DNA from: Candidatus Marinacidobacterales bacterium
GTDB lineage: Bacteria > Acidobacteriota > Vicinamibacteria > Marinacidobacterales > DATDRI01
DNA length: 64,000 nt
Reading direction: 5' to 3'
NCBI GenBank assembly: GCA_965219415.1
Contig: CBDCNP010000002.1
Coordinates: 1,472,001 to 1,536,000, forward strand
In this document: positions 1 to 10,788 of the stretch, one piece after another
Layout of the letters: each line of letters starts with the position of its first letter
Position numbering within the stretch: position 1 is the stretch's first letter
Program-made: the position numbers and the translations under genes
The notes under the pieces: model-generated
Told to the model about the DNA's origin: nothing
The model's database searches: none
The model's input: the letters and a program-made list of their open reading frames with translations, nothing else

Positions 1-1252
1 AGGTATCAACGCAAGGCTTCTCGATCCAAGACTGAGTCCCGGCCGCACCGTTTTGTTGAGCACCGAGCCTGCCTGCTATTTTCCGGAACCGTCAGGAGCC
101 CCCGCCGAGACCCACGAGTCACCCTTCGCGACGATCCTGGACTACCGTGCGGAGCGCATGGTCGTCGAGACACGATCGGCCAGACCTTCCTACCTCGTGA
201 TGTCAGAAAGCTTCGACCCAGGCTGGCACGCGCGGGTCGACGGCAAGGAAGCGGCCGTCCTTGAAGCCAATCTCTACTTCCGGGCCGTGCCTTTGACCGC
301 CGGATCGCACCGGGTCGAGCTCTTCTACCGGCCGGCGTCTTACATCTGGGGCTGGCGGGTCTTCGGGCTTTCGCTTATCGTCGTCGTCTTCGCGGGCTGG
401 CTCTTACGGACCGACCTCTCCGAAACTTGGATCACTGCGCTCCTAGTGATGGCGAGCGTCGCACCGCCGCTTATCGGATTATTCGGTTGGCGGAGCGCGC
501 GGGAAATCATCGACCCCGAACGCTGCGGCCAGCTTCGCGTGGCCGAACGTCTCCCCTCACCCAACGTCTCATCGCGTCGACTCGGTCCACTCGCCATCGA
601 GGCATTCGATGTCGCGCCACCCTCGGAGATCACTTGGCAGATAGGCAGTTCGCCAAGCCGGCCAAACCGTTTGGTCCGCCTCTTTGCCGCGGCCCAAGAC
701 CGCACCGTCGAGACTCGAATCGCCGCCCTCGAGGTGGGCGCGGATCCGATTTCCCTATCCGACGTGAGACCCTCCCGACAGCGCGAACGTTGGGTAGCCG
801 TGGAAGCCCCCGTGCCCTCGGAAACGGAGAAGCTCCTTCTGGAAGTGAAGGCCGGATCGCCGAGCACGGCATCCTGGGGGAATCCTATGATCCTCGAGCC
901 GCGGGCTCGGCAAACGAGCAAGGTATGCTTTGTCATGCCGGAGACGACGCGCGGTGCAGGGCTACTATCGGACCGTGCCGACGATCGCGTCAGAGTTCTC
1001 CTGACCTTGGAAACCGCGGCCGCCCAGGACGGCTTCGACGAGGTCCACTTTGCTTCGGACCAGGCGGACTTCAGCACCAGAATGCTGTCGCTCGCACGAA
1101 CGCTCTACCGAAGAGGCACCTTTTTGGTCCTAGAGTCGGCTGACAGCGCGTTTACGCGGCGTCAGAATCTGCTGGAAAGGGAGCTGCGGCGACTGGACTT
1201 GGGAGATCACGTCGTCGTCGAAACCTGCCGGAGGCGCAAGAACGGCTCATGA
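1..1252 (+). CDS. YfhO-family membrane protein, C-terminal part with extension (5' end outside window)
   Basis: YfhO C-terminal signature YLVMSESFDPGWHARVDG...ANLYFRAVPLTAGSHRVELFYRP followed by TM helices. Confidence 0.75.
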   Translation, partial: GINARLLDPRLSPGRTVLLSTEPACYFPEPSGAPAETHESPFATILDYRAERMVVETRSARPSYLVMSESFDPGWHARVDGKEAAVLEANLYFRAVPLTAGSHRVELFYRPASYIWGWRVFGLSLIVVVFAGWLLRTDLSETWITALLVMASVAPPLIGLFGWRSAREIIDPERCGQLRVAERLPSPNVSSRRLGPLAIEAFDVAPPSEITWQIGSSPSRPNRLVRLFAAAQDRTVETRIAALEVGADPISLSDVRPSRQRERWVAVEAPVPSETEKLLLEVKAGSPSTASWGNPMILEPRARQTSKVCFVMPETTRGAGLLSDRADDRVRVLLTLETAAAQDGFDEVHFASDQADFSTRMLSLARTLYRRGTFLVLESADSAFTRRQNLLERELRRLDLGDHVVVETCRRRKNGS

Positions 1253-2635
1253 CCGGCCGGCTCACGATCGTCTTTGCCGTAGTCCTACTCTCGAGTTGCG
1301 CGGGCCCCCCGGAGAGGCTCGTGACGCACCAGCGGCTGCTGGACATGAGCGAGGCGACCGAGCATCGCTCGGGCTCGCTCCAGAACGTCGTCGTGCGCAG
1401 CAACTCACCTTACGAGGTACGAGACGCGACCATCCACGGCGATCGTCGACCGTCGCTGGTGCTCGAGACACCCGCCAAGGTGTCTTTTCGAAGCGAGGTT
1501 CCTCGTCGCGGAGAGTTTCGCTTCGGGCTCGCTGTACGTCAGCCGGAGGTCCCGGTGGAGGTCGAGTTTTCGGTGGTGGATGGCGAAGTCATCCATCATG
1601 AGGTTTGGCAAGAAGAAAGAGACTGGGTCGAGCGCCGCATCAACCTCGGCCGCTTCGCGGGGCGGAACCTCGAGCTCGAGCTTTCCGTTGACGGTCCACA
1701 AGCGATGGTGATTCTGGGAAGCCCCGAGGTCGTGGGGGTGGCGACGCGGGCGGAGGCCAGGAGGCCCAATGTCGTGGTCTACGTGGTCGACTGCCTGAGA
1801 GCCGACCACGTCGGGGCCTACGGATACCCGCTTCCCACGACTCCGACACTCGATGCGCTCGCGAGTGACGGCGTGGTCCTCGAAGAGCTCATGTCGTGCG
1901 CCCCTTGGACCAAACCGTCTACCGGTTGTCTTATTCACTTCACTGTTTCCGATGTACCACCAAGCGCGCACCATCGACGACGCGCTGCCCTATGAGCACC
2001 TGACCCTCGCGGAAGCATTTCGGCAGTCCGGCTATGCGACCGCGGCCTGGGTTGCTAATCCAGTCATCAAGCCCCGCGTTTTCTTCTTCAACCAGGGGTT
2101 CGATCGGTGGGTGGATCTTCGGACGTTCAAGGCACGCTCCGCGGGGCAACACATCAATGCCCTCGAGAGTGACGCGGCCGACCTAACCAACGGTGTCCTT
2201 CCATGGCTAGAGGAGAACCGGCGCCGGAGTTTCTTCCTATATCTGCACTCTCTCGATCTCCACTTCGGCTATCGACCTCGACCTCCCTTCGATGAAATTT
2301 TCGTGAAGACCGCTGAAAAAGGGCTCGCTCGGGATCGAGAGCTCTATGACAAACGAGCTCGCCTACAATGACCGCGAGATAGGTAGTTTGGTCGAGGCGT
2401 TGAAGACCCTCGAGTTGTACGATGACACTCTACTGCTCGTCACCGCCGATCATGGGGAAGAATTTGGCGAACACGAGTTCACGCGGCACGGCAAAACTCT
2501 CTTCCGCGAGGCGCTTCACATTCCCGGTATTCTGAAGTTGCCGCATTCTGAGAGGGCGGGTGTGCGGATCCCCTCGCTGGTCGGCAATATCGACTTGGCA
2601 CCCAGTTTGTTAGCGCTAGCTGGGTTGCCGGTTAC
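1249..2635 (+). CDS. Sulfatase family lipoprotein, frameshifted and 3'-truncated
   Basis: Lipobox-like LLSSC; PNVVVYVVDCLRADH, APWTKPS, FFLYLHSLDLH and VTADHGEEF spread over ORFs 1249..1995, 1853..2371 and 2346..2756; similarity ends after AGLPV. Confidence 0.8.
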
Positions 2636-2636
2636 A

Positions 2637-3241
2637 CCGAGGTTGCGGCGAAAACGCAACCACCCCGAGCGCGATCCGCCAACCAACCCCTTCAGGTGTA
2701 CTACGTCGGACAGCTCTACCCGTGGAAGGGCGTCGATGTTCTCATCGAATCGATGAAGAACCTGCCTGGAGTCGAGCTGGTAGTGATCGGAGGACTTCCG
2801 CCGGAATCCGACCTCGATCGAGTCCGTCGTCTTGCGGAACGACTCGGCCTCACCGACCGCGTGCGATTTCGAGGTTTTCTTCCACCTCCCGAGGTCGCCA
2901 AAGAGAGAACGAGCGCCGACGTGTTCGTGATCCCGTTGCTCGATTCGATGACGGCCCGCGTTTTCACATCGCCACTCAAGCTCTTCGAAGCCATGGCATC
3001 CGGTCGAGCCATCGTGGCATCAGACCTTCCATCGTTGCGAGAGGTTCTGACGAACGACGAGAACGCGCTTCTCGTTCCACCCGGTGACGCCGAAGCGCTC
3101 GCCGACGCCATACGAAGGCTGGCCGACGATCCGGGAATGGCGCAACGGCTTGCCGCGAAGGCGGCGGAAGACGCCAAGGGTTATTCATGGGAGGAAAGAG
3201 GCAGCAAGCTCAGCGAACTCCTGACAAGCGTGGTCGATTAG
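2637..3241 (+). CDS. Glycosyltransferase family 4, C-terminal domain only
   Basis: YVGQLYPWKG and SPLKLFEAMASGRAIVASDLP; the N-terminal Rossmann domain is absent. Confidence 0.8.
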
Positions 3242-3242
3242 G

Positions 3243-4136
3243 CTAGACGAATTTTCGCGGGCGAGCGGTGAGTAGATAGTTCTTGAGAGCTTCGTCCCAT
3301 GAAGAGACGCGGCTGCCGGTCGCCTGCTCGAACTTGCCGACGTCGAGAGCGGAATAGTGCGGCCTCGGGGCCGGCCGGCCCAGCTCGGCCATCGGCGTGC
3401 CGGAAAGTCGCGACCGCTCGACGCCGAGGTAATCTGCGACCACCCGAGCCGCTCCTAGCCAATGGGTCTCGCCCTTATTCACGTAATGGAAGGTGCCGGT
3501 CAATCGTTCCTCGGCCAGCAACAAGATCGCTTTGGCAAAATCCGAAGCCCATGTTGGGCTGCCGATGTGATCATCTATCACCCGCAGCGTGGCTTTCCTG
3601 TCAGGCGTGTCAGGCGCGTCAGACCTATCAGGCGTCTCGAGCCGCCCCAGCATCCAGTCAACGAAACCCTTACCGGAACCGTAGAGCCACGCGCTTCGCA
3701 CGATGGTGTGATTATCGGCGCACACCTCCTGCACTTTGGCCTCTCCCTCTAGCTTAGAGCGGCCATACTGGGATAGCGGGTTCAGGGGTTCTACCTCGGT
3801 ATAGGGTGTCTTCTTTTCACCATCGAAGACGTAGTCCGTACTGACGTAGACCATCTGTGCGTCGACTTCCCGCGCCGCCCGGGCGACCCACTCGGTGCCT
3901 TGCACATTGACGGCAAAGGCCTGATGCGGATTCCGCTCCGACTCATCGACGTCGGTATAGGCGGCGCAGTGAATGACCGCATCCGGTTCAACACGATGGA
4001 TAACTTCCTGAACCGAGGTCCAGTCCGTCACGTCGAGTTCCTTCCGAAGGAACCCGTTACAATCGTGTCCTTGGGAGGCGAGGCTCGCCACGGACCGACC
4101 CAACAAGCCGCCGGCACCGGTTACCAGAAACTTCAT
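3243..4136 (-). CDS. rfbD: dTDP-4-dehydrorhamnose reductase
   Basis: MKFLVTGAGGLLG, STDYVFDG, YGRSK; ATG at 4136. Confidence 0.93.
   Translation of the reverse strand: MKFLVTGAGGLLGRSVASLASQGHDCNGFLRKELDVTDWTSVQEVIHRVEPDAVIHCAAYTDVDESERNPHQAFAVNVQGTEWVARAAREVDAQMVYVSTDYVFDGEKKTPYTEVEPLNPLSQYGRSKLEGEAKVQEVCADNHTIVRSAWLYGSGKGFVDWMLGRLETPDRSDAPDTPDRKATLRVIDDHIGSPTWASDFAKAILLLAEERLTGTFHYVNKGETHWLGAARVVADYLGVERSRLSGTPMAELGRPAPRPHYSALDVGKFEQATGSRVSSWDEALKNYLLTARPRKFV
3600..3635. repeat. 4 x 9-bp tandem repeat inside rfbD
   Basis: gtcaggcgt gtcaggcgc gtcagacct atcaggcgt, encoding TPD-RSD-APD-TPD. Confidence 0.75.
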
Positions 4137-4153
4137 CTGCTGGGTTGACGCGC

Positions 4154-4609
4154 CTAGCGATCCTTCCGCGTCCAGTCGTATGGAATCTCGTCGGTGTGGG
4201 CGTCCAGTCGCACCTCGTCCGGTTCTTCGTACTTGTACAACTCGGTCGGGCAATTGATGACGACCGCAGTCGCCGAGGAGATGCATTTCCACCCGTGATA
4301 GACGCCCGCGGGAACCTGCACCAGCAAAGGGTTGCGCTCGCCGATGAAGAACTCATTGATCTCGTTGCGAGTGGGCGAGGCCTCCCGCGGGTCGAACATA
4401 ACCAGCTTCACCATTCCGGCGACACAGATGAAGTTATCCACCTGCTCCCGATGGAGATGCCACCCCTTGACCACGCCCGGATAGGTTGCAGTGGCGTAGG
4501 TCTGTCCGAACTTGGTGAACAGCTGGTCGTCGTTGCGGAGCATCTCCATGAGCCAACCCCGCTCATCGGGAATCAGCTTGAGGCTCTTGGTCCGTACGCC
4601 ATCTATCAT
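4154..4609 (-). CDS. rfbC: dTDP-4-dehydrorhamnose 3,5-epimerase family protein
   Basis: DERGWLMEM, GVVKGWHLH, VPAGVYHG cupin motifs; directly upstream of rfbD. Confidence 0.88.
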   Translation of the reverse strand: MIDGVRTKSLKLIPDERGWLMEMLRNDDQLFTKFGQTYATATYPGVVKGWHLHREQVDNFICVAGMVKLVMFDPREASPTRNEINEFFIGERNPLLVQVPAGVYHGWKCISSATAVVINCPTELYKYEEPDEVRLDAHTDEIPYDWTRKDR

Positions 4610-4785
4610 CGTTGGCCTCCAGGGTTCGTTTTTCCGAGACTTTAGTCTAAGACCGGCTCAGGTTAGCATAATCGTCCTCCTCGAATGAAGGCTCGTCGAG
4701 CGGGAGGATGATCGGTCCAACCGTGGCGGCTCTAGGCCCCCTTGGGCTATAATTCCTGACGACCTGGCCGTTTCAAGGAGCGCTG

Positions 4786-5951
4786 TTGCTCAGAGAAAAC
4801 CTCAAGAAGCTCAAGAACCGCGTGTCCGGCACCGTTCGTCGGCTCCACACCCTGCAGTTTACGGCGCGCGGTGATGGCGTAGCTCCGAGCGTGCCCCACT
4901 TCGTGGTCTATGAGCCCACGCTGCTTTGCAACCTGCACTGCAGTTTCTGCTATGTCGCCGATATCCTAAACCCTGAAGACTGGCGCTCGAGGGAGCTCAG
5001 CCTGGACGAGCTCGACCAAATCTTCGTCAAGGGAGGCGTCAAATCCGTCAACATTACCGGTGGAGAGCCTTCGTTCGCAAGAATCTGATCGATGTGTTCC
5101 ATCACCTCCAGAACAAGGGCATGCACTGCAAGTACATCACCACCAACGGAACGGTGATCGGAGAGGAGAAGGCCAACGCCCTCGCAGAACTAGCGGCCAC
5201 CGGTTTCTTGCGCCACATCAGCGTGTCGATCGATGGTCCGAAGAGCTTCCACGACGAGATACGTGGCCAGAAGGGAGCCTTCGACAAGTCGGCTAGCAAC
5301 ATTCGACTCCTTCGCAAAACCTTCGCGGCGCGCGGTCTCAACTTGCCGCTTTCCATCAACACCACGCTTACTTCGGGCAATCTCCACCTGCTCCCTCAGA
5401 TCGTGGACGCCGCGGCGGAGCTGGAAGTCGAGCTCATCGGTTTGAACCAGCTCATGTTCGCAACGCAGAAAGAAGTCGAGCAAACGCTTCAAATCATGGG
5501 CGAGACCGACCCCGCGCTCATCACGACGCACGTGACAGACGATCCCGGGATCGACCCGAAGGACGTCGCCCCGGTCTTGCGAAAAGCCGTGGCGTATGCC
5601 GAGAGCAAGGGCGTGACCATCAACTGGAGGCCGGCGCAATCCTACGATCATTTGGAGAAGTACTACACGCCGAACGAGCCACTCGAGGGCCAGTGTTTTT
5701 ACCCCTACTTCGGGGGACGCATCACTTACGACGGCAAGGTCCACTTCTGTCCGTTCATCCGGGTCGAGATGGGCGATGTGAGAAAACAGAGTCTGGGAGA
5801 GATTTGGAATGGCCCGAAGTTCGTTGGGCTGAGGAAGAAGCTTCTGGAACACGGGATCTTCCCGGTTTGCCGACGATGCTGTAAAGTCGAGCTAACCGAC
5901 GCCCAGGCGCCAAGACCCAAGCAGGCTGTCTTCGAGCCAGTCCAAGTTTAA
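4786..5951 (+). CDS. Radical SAM protein with SPASM/twitch domain (frameshift near 5070)
   Basis: CNLHCSFC, TGGEP, TTNGT, SIDG; C-terminal CFYP..DGKVHFCP..GDVRKQSLGEIWN..CRRCC. Confidence 0.88.
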
Positions 5952-5965
5952 TACCGTTCAAGCGC

Positions 5966-6335
5966 CTAATGCGCGCCGCGTTCGAACCGAAGGCGATCGA
6001 GAGCAAGAAACGGCTCGCCCGAAGTCTCCTGTCCGGGTCGGAACTCCAGCAAATTAATTCGCCACCACCAACGCTCGGGAACGAGCAGCTCGTGCTCTTT
6101 CATCTCACCCCCGGGACGGAATCCGCCTAGCCGGTCACCGTTCAACCAAACCTCGATCCATTGCTGCTGGGAGCCAGGGGGTGTCGCGCACTCGATGAAA
6201 ATGCGGAGCGTCTCGGCGCGGTAGGTGGGTACGAAGACTCCCGCCGGGTCGGAGACCGCGAGGCGCACTCCGCGAGGCCTCCCCTCCCAATCGGTCAATG
6301 AGCTCTCCAGCCGTTGCCCAGAAACGGCGGGTCCT
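5966..6335 (-). pseudogene. C-terminal fragment of an extracellular beta-sandwich domain protein
   Basis: FLGNGW then LTDWEG across an indel, then IEVWLNG and NLLEFR; no 5' part before the divergent SGNH fragment. Confidence 0.5.
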
Positions 6336-7255
6336 CGAAGACCTCTACGGTGAGGGGCTCTCCCTCAGAACGAACTCCCAGGGGTTTCGCGCCAATCAGG
6401 ACTACGACGTGACACCGCCGAACGGAAAGCTACGGATCATCTGTTCGGGAGATTCCTTCACCCTTGGCTACGGGGTCGACAATTGATCACACGTGGTGCC
6501 AGCTCCTGACGACCCTCGATGATCGTCTTCAGACCATCAACATGGGCCAAGGGGGTTACGGGATCGATCAGGCTTACTTGTGGTACGAGCGTGACGGGCT
6601 CCCCCTTCAGCCTGACGTTCATCTCTTCACCTTTATCACCGCTGACTTCTGGCGAATGCGGCAGCGTTCATTCCACGGCTATGGTAAGCCGTTCCTGACA
6701 CTCCGCGACGGCGAGCTGGTCGTCGAAAACGTTCCCGTCCCGCGCGCGGCGTTCTACGCGCCTTGGGTCGCGCAAAACATCCGGTCCTTCGAGCGCCTGA
6801 GGACCGTCCAGTTGTTGCGTGGCGTGCTACCGGCGCTGGCAGAACGGGATTTGCCAAGCCCTAGGGAACAAAGAAGGGTTCTCTTAAAGGTTATCGAACG
6901 GTTGAGCGGGCTCAATCGCTCACAGGGGAGTCTCCTGGTGGTCGTGCTCTTGCCGACCGAGGCCGACGCCGCCCCGGACCCATCGCACCCGCTCAGACGA
7001 TTTCTTAGGCGCGAGCTGGCGAAGAGGGAGATTGTCTTCTTGGACCTGATCGCGGGGATGCAGAGTCTGCCACCCCGAAAGCTGGCCGGGCTGTTCATTC
7101 AAAGAGGGTCGGGCGTTCATGAGTTCGCCGGCGGACATTACTCTGTCGAGGGAAACCAATACATCGCCGGTCTGCTCCACGACGCGCTGGTTGCGATCCC
7201 GGAAATCTCGACCATACCAACCGAGCGCAGTTCACAGGGCGAAGCCGTGCCGTAA
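6330..7255 (+). CDS. SGNH/GDSL hydrolase family protein (5'-truncated, frameshift near 6484)
   Basis: TNSQGFR, RIICSGDSFTLGYGV, NMGQGGYG, GGHYSVEGN. Confidence 0.8.
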
Positions 7256-7328
7256 ACGGAGACCGCTGCTACCTCCATTGCCCGCCCCCGCGGATTCATC
7301 CTAGACTGGACGTTACAAGAGGATCGAC

Positions 7329-9058
7329 TTGTCGAGAAAGATGGTCTTGGGGCGCTTGGCAGCGATCGGCGTCTGTATTGCCGGCGCGCTCTGGGTAGCG
7401 TCGCGCTCCCCATCAGTCTCAACGGTCGACAGGTCTTTTTCTGCTGCACCAGACGCGACGAGCGGGTTCCGTATCGAAAACCACTACCTCTATCGCATGC
7501 AGGCTATGCTTCGACCGACGCTGGAGGCCAATCGAAAGGATTTTTCGGGGCGGTTGGGACCGGTCAAAGGCTTCGGCGCCGGTGATGTTTATCCTCAGAT
7601 CTGGCTGAGGGACAGTGCCACTATCCTCCCGGCTTCCCGATTCTACTTCCCGCTCACGTACCTCACCAGCTGGCTCGAGGAACACTTGGCGCACCAAGAA
7701 GGCGGCGGCCAACTCTACGACTGGATCGCGGCTGGCCCCGTGTCCAACTTCACGCCTTACGCCCCGAAAAGCGAGGAGATCTATGGGTCGGGGGACGACG
7801 TCCTGTCGGCCGACAAGAATACGGTCGAGGCCGATCAAGAGAGTAGCGCCGTGATCGCCGCCTCTCGTATTTACGACGCAACCGGAGACCAGAGTTGGCT
7901 AAGGAAGGAAATTGAAGGCCGCCCGTTGATCGAACGCCTCGACGCGGGGCTTCGGTATCTGCTGCGCGAGCGCCTCGACCAGGAATCGGGATTGGTGGTT
8001 AGCGGATTCAGCGCCGATTGGGGAGACGTGAGTCCTATCCATCCCAACACGAAAGCCATCTATCTAGACGAGGCGACTCCACGAGTGATTGGCCTCTATA
8101 CGAACAGCCTGTTCTACTTCGCAGCATCGAAGCTGTCCGAACTGTACGCACTTCTGGAGAAAGACTCGCGAGCTGAGTTCTGGAGTCGCACCGCAGAACA
8201 GACCAGAGAGAGCGTCAACCGACATCTGTGGCAGGAAGACAGGGGCTTCTATCGAATGCATGCCGTCCTCACACCGGCTCTCACCGCCGGCTGGCAAGAC
8301 GATTCGGACATCTTTGCCATGGGTGGCAATGCGCGCTGGCGGTTCTCCATGGGATCGCCGATCAGAATCAGGCCAAGAGCATTTTCGAACGAGCCGCGGA
8401 GCGCAGGAACCAAGTAGGCATGTCCACCGTCTCGGGATCGCTTCAGCCCGCCTTCCCACAGGGCTTCTTCGCGCATCCCATGATGCAGGAGGAATACACC
8501 TACCAGAACGGAGGACAGTGGGATTGGTTCGGCGGGCGGTTCGTTCTCGCGGAGTTCGAGAACGTTTTCTCGGAGCGAGCGCGACGTCATCTCTCGGAGA
8601 TCGCTCGCAAGGTGACGTCCGGGGGTGGCCTCTACGAATGGCAGACCAAAGACGGCCAGGGTCGTGGTAGTCGAAACTACGCGGGAAGTGCCGGCGCCTT
8701 GGGTGCCGCATCCTTCCGAGGGTTGTTCGGAGTCTACCTCAACGGAGGCGAGCTCGAGCTCAAGGTACGCTTGGGAGATCAGCCGGCGAAAATCCAGTTG
8801 AACCAGCCAGCCACCGAGACGTTCATCCGTTATCGCTACCGCTACGACGAGGAGAAACAGCAGATCCATTTGTCCTATGAGTCCAACCTCGCGGGCGAAG
8901 GAAATCTGAGCGTCCTGTTACCGGAGGGCAAGACCGCTAGCTCGGTCTCCCTGGACGAGGAGGACCATAGCTTCTTCACGGAGAGCCTCGGCGAGGATGA
9001 GTACGTCGGGCTCGCCACTAACTGGGCCGCCCATGAGCTCCGCGTGCAGCTAAAATGA
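7329..9058 (+). CDS. Secreted six-hairpin glycosidase-like protein (GH78/GDE-like; frameshift near 8333)
   Basis: Signal peptide; YPQIWLRDS, ADWGD, YQNGGQWDWFGG, LYEW. Confidence 0.65.
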
Positions 9059-10788
9059 AGGCACGCGTGCGACGACTCGTGCTTCCCGCTGCGGTCGTTG
9101 GGTTCTTCTTACTACTAACAGCCTATCTCACGTGGCCACTCCCGGTTCGCATGGGAGACGGCATCAGCACGAACCCGGACTCTCTCCTGAATCTTTGGAC
9201 GCTCGCTTGGAACTATCACATCCTGCCGAGGGATCCCTTGTCGTATTTCGACGCGAACATCTTCTTCCCGCGCCAAGACACGTTGGCCTACTCGGAGCAT
9301 CTCTTCGGTGTGGCGCTCGTCGCCGCGCCGGCGTACCTCGCGACCGACAACATCGTCTTCGCTTACAATTTCGCCATCTTTGCCTCGTTTTTCCTGTCCG
9401 GAATCGGCATGTACCTCCTCGTCCACGAGTTGAGCGGAAACCGATGGGCGGCACTGGCGTCCGGCGTGATCTACACCGCGGTTCCCTTCCGTTTCCTTCA
9501 GCTCTTCCACCTGCAGCTCCTGAGCTACCAATGGTTTCCTTTCGTCTTCTTGTTCCTCGTCCGCTTCCTGCGCGACGGCCGGCCGCGCCAAATAGTTCTC
9601 GCAGCCATTTTCGCCATCCTCCAGATCCTCTCCTGCAACTATTACGCGATGTACCTCGCGCTAGCGCTCACCTTGTTCGGAACGGTGTTGCTCTTTAAGG
9701 CACGACCGCTCTTCGATCGTCGAAAGCTGGTGCTAATGGGTGTCGGACTGACGGGGGTTGCTCTCTTCGCTCTCCCCTTCTTCCTCCCCTACGAGAGCAA
9801 CCGTGTGAAGCAGGGTTACTACCGACGCTACGAGGACGTTTTGCAATTCTCCGCCGAGCCAATGGACTACCTTCGACCTAGCGCTGCAAACAAGGTCTTC
9901 TACGTCGACTATCTTCCTCGTCAACTTCGCTCGGAGAAGGCTCTCTTCCCGGGGATACTCGCCATGGTCTTGGGCGGTGTGGGCTTGTTTGGAAGTCGTC
10001 GCAAGAAGAGTGCCGAACAGAGTGACGAGGAACGCCTGCATCGCGTCATGCGGGCGTTTTTTCTCGGCCTCATGATCTCGGGATTCCTTCTATCACTCGG
10101 TCCGAGGCTCGAATTTGGAGAGACCACGATTTTTCTCCCCTACCGCTTCCTCTACCGAAACGTTCCGGGTTTTCAGGGTTTGAGAGTTCCGGCGCGTATC
10201 ACCGTGCTGTTCTTGCTTGGCCTCGCCGTTTCGGCAGGATGGGGAATCGCGTGGTTGCTGGCGAAGGCGAGCCGATTGAAGAGCCTTTGGCGGCATGGAC
10301 TTGGTGCCGCGTTCGTCCTCTTGCTGGTTTTCGAGTACCAGACTTATTCCCTCGCCCGTTTCCTACCACCGGCGCCCCCGATCCCGGCGGTCTACCAATG
10401 GCTCGCCGCCCAGCCGGGGGATTTCGGCGTGCTCGAACTTCCCATTCACGAGGGTGAAGACATCACGCGCGAGTCCATCTACATGTATTACTCCACCGCC
10501 CATTGGAAACGACTCGCCAACGGTTTCAGCGGTTGGTGGCCCAATGATTATTGGGTGCTGGTGGGGCGCATGCGATACTTCCCCACGTCGGGAATCCTTC
10601 GCTTCATCCAGCGCGATGTCCCGGTTCGGTTGATAGTCATCCACTACGACAAGCTCCCCGAGCGCCGAAGGGAGAAGTTGAGGCATGATATGAATCGCTA
10701 TCGCGATCGTATGCCCATTCGAGCCCGTTTCGGTGAGGACGTCGTCTATGAGCTGCTGCCGGAGAGCAACGTAGAGGACCGGTCATGA
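9055..10788 (+). CDS. Multi-pass membrane protein, YfhO/GT-C-like glycosyltransferase
   Basis: YFDANIFFP..LAYSE, GLRVPAR, HWKRLANGFSG; more than 10 hydrophobic segments. Confidence 0.7.
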   Translation: MKARVRRLVLPAAVVGFFLLLTAYLTWPLPVRMGDGISTNPDSLLNLWTLAWNYHILPRDPLSYFDANIFFPRQDTLAYSEHLFGVALVAAPAYLATDNIVFAYNFAIFASFFLSGIGMYLLVHELSGNRWAALASGVIYTAVPFRFLQLFHLQLLSYQWFPFVFLFLVRFLRDGRPRQIVLAAIFAILQILSCNYYAMYLALALTLFGTVLLFKARPLFDRRKLVLMGVGLTGVALFALPFFLPYESNRVKQGYYRRYEDVLQFSAEPMDYLRPSAANKVFYVDYLPRQLRSEKALFPGILAMVLGGVGLFGSRRKKSAEQSDEERLHRVMRAFFLGLMISGFLLSLGPRLEFGETTIFLPYRFLYRNVPGFQGLRVPARITVLFLLGLAVSAGWGIAWLLAKASRLKSLWRHGLGAAFVLLLVFEYQTYSLARFLPPAPPIPAVYQWLAAQPGDFGVLELPIHEGEDITRESIYMYYSTAHWKRLANGFSGWWPNDYWVLVGRMRYFPTSGILRFIQRDVPVRLIVIHYDKLPERRREKLRHDMNRYRDRMPIRARFGEDVVYELLPESNVEDRS

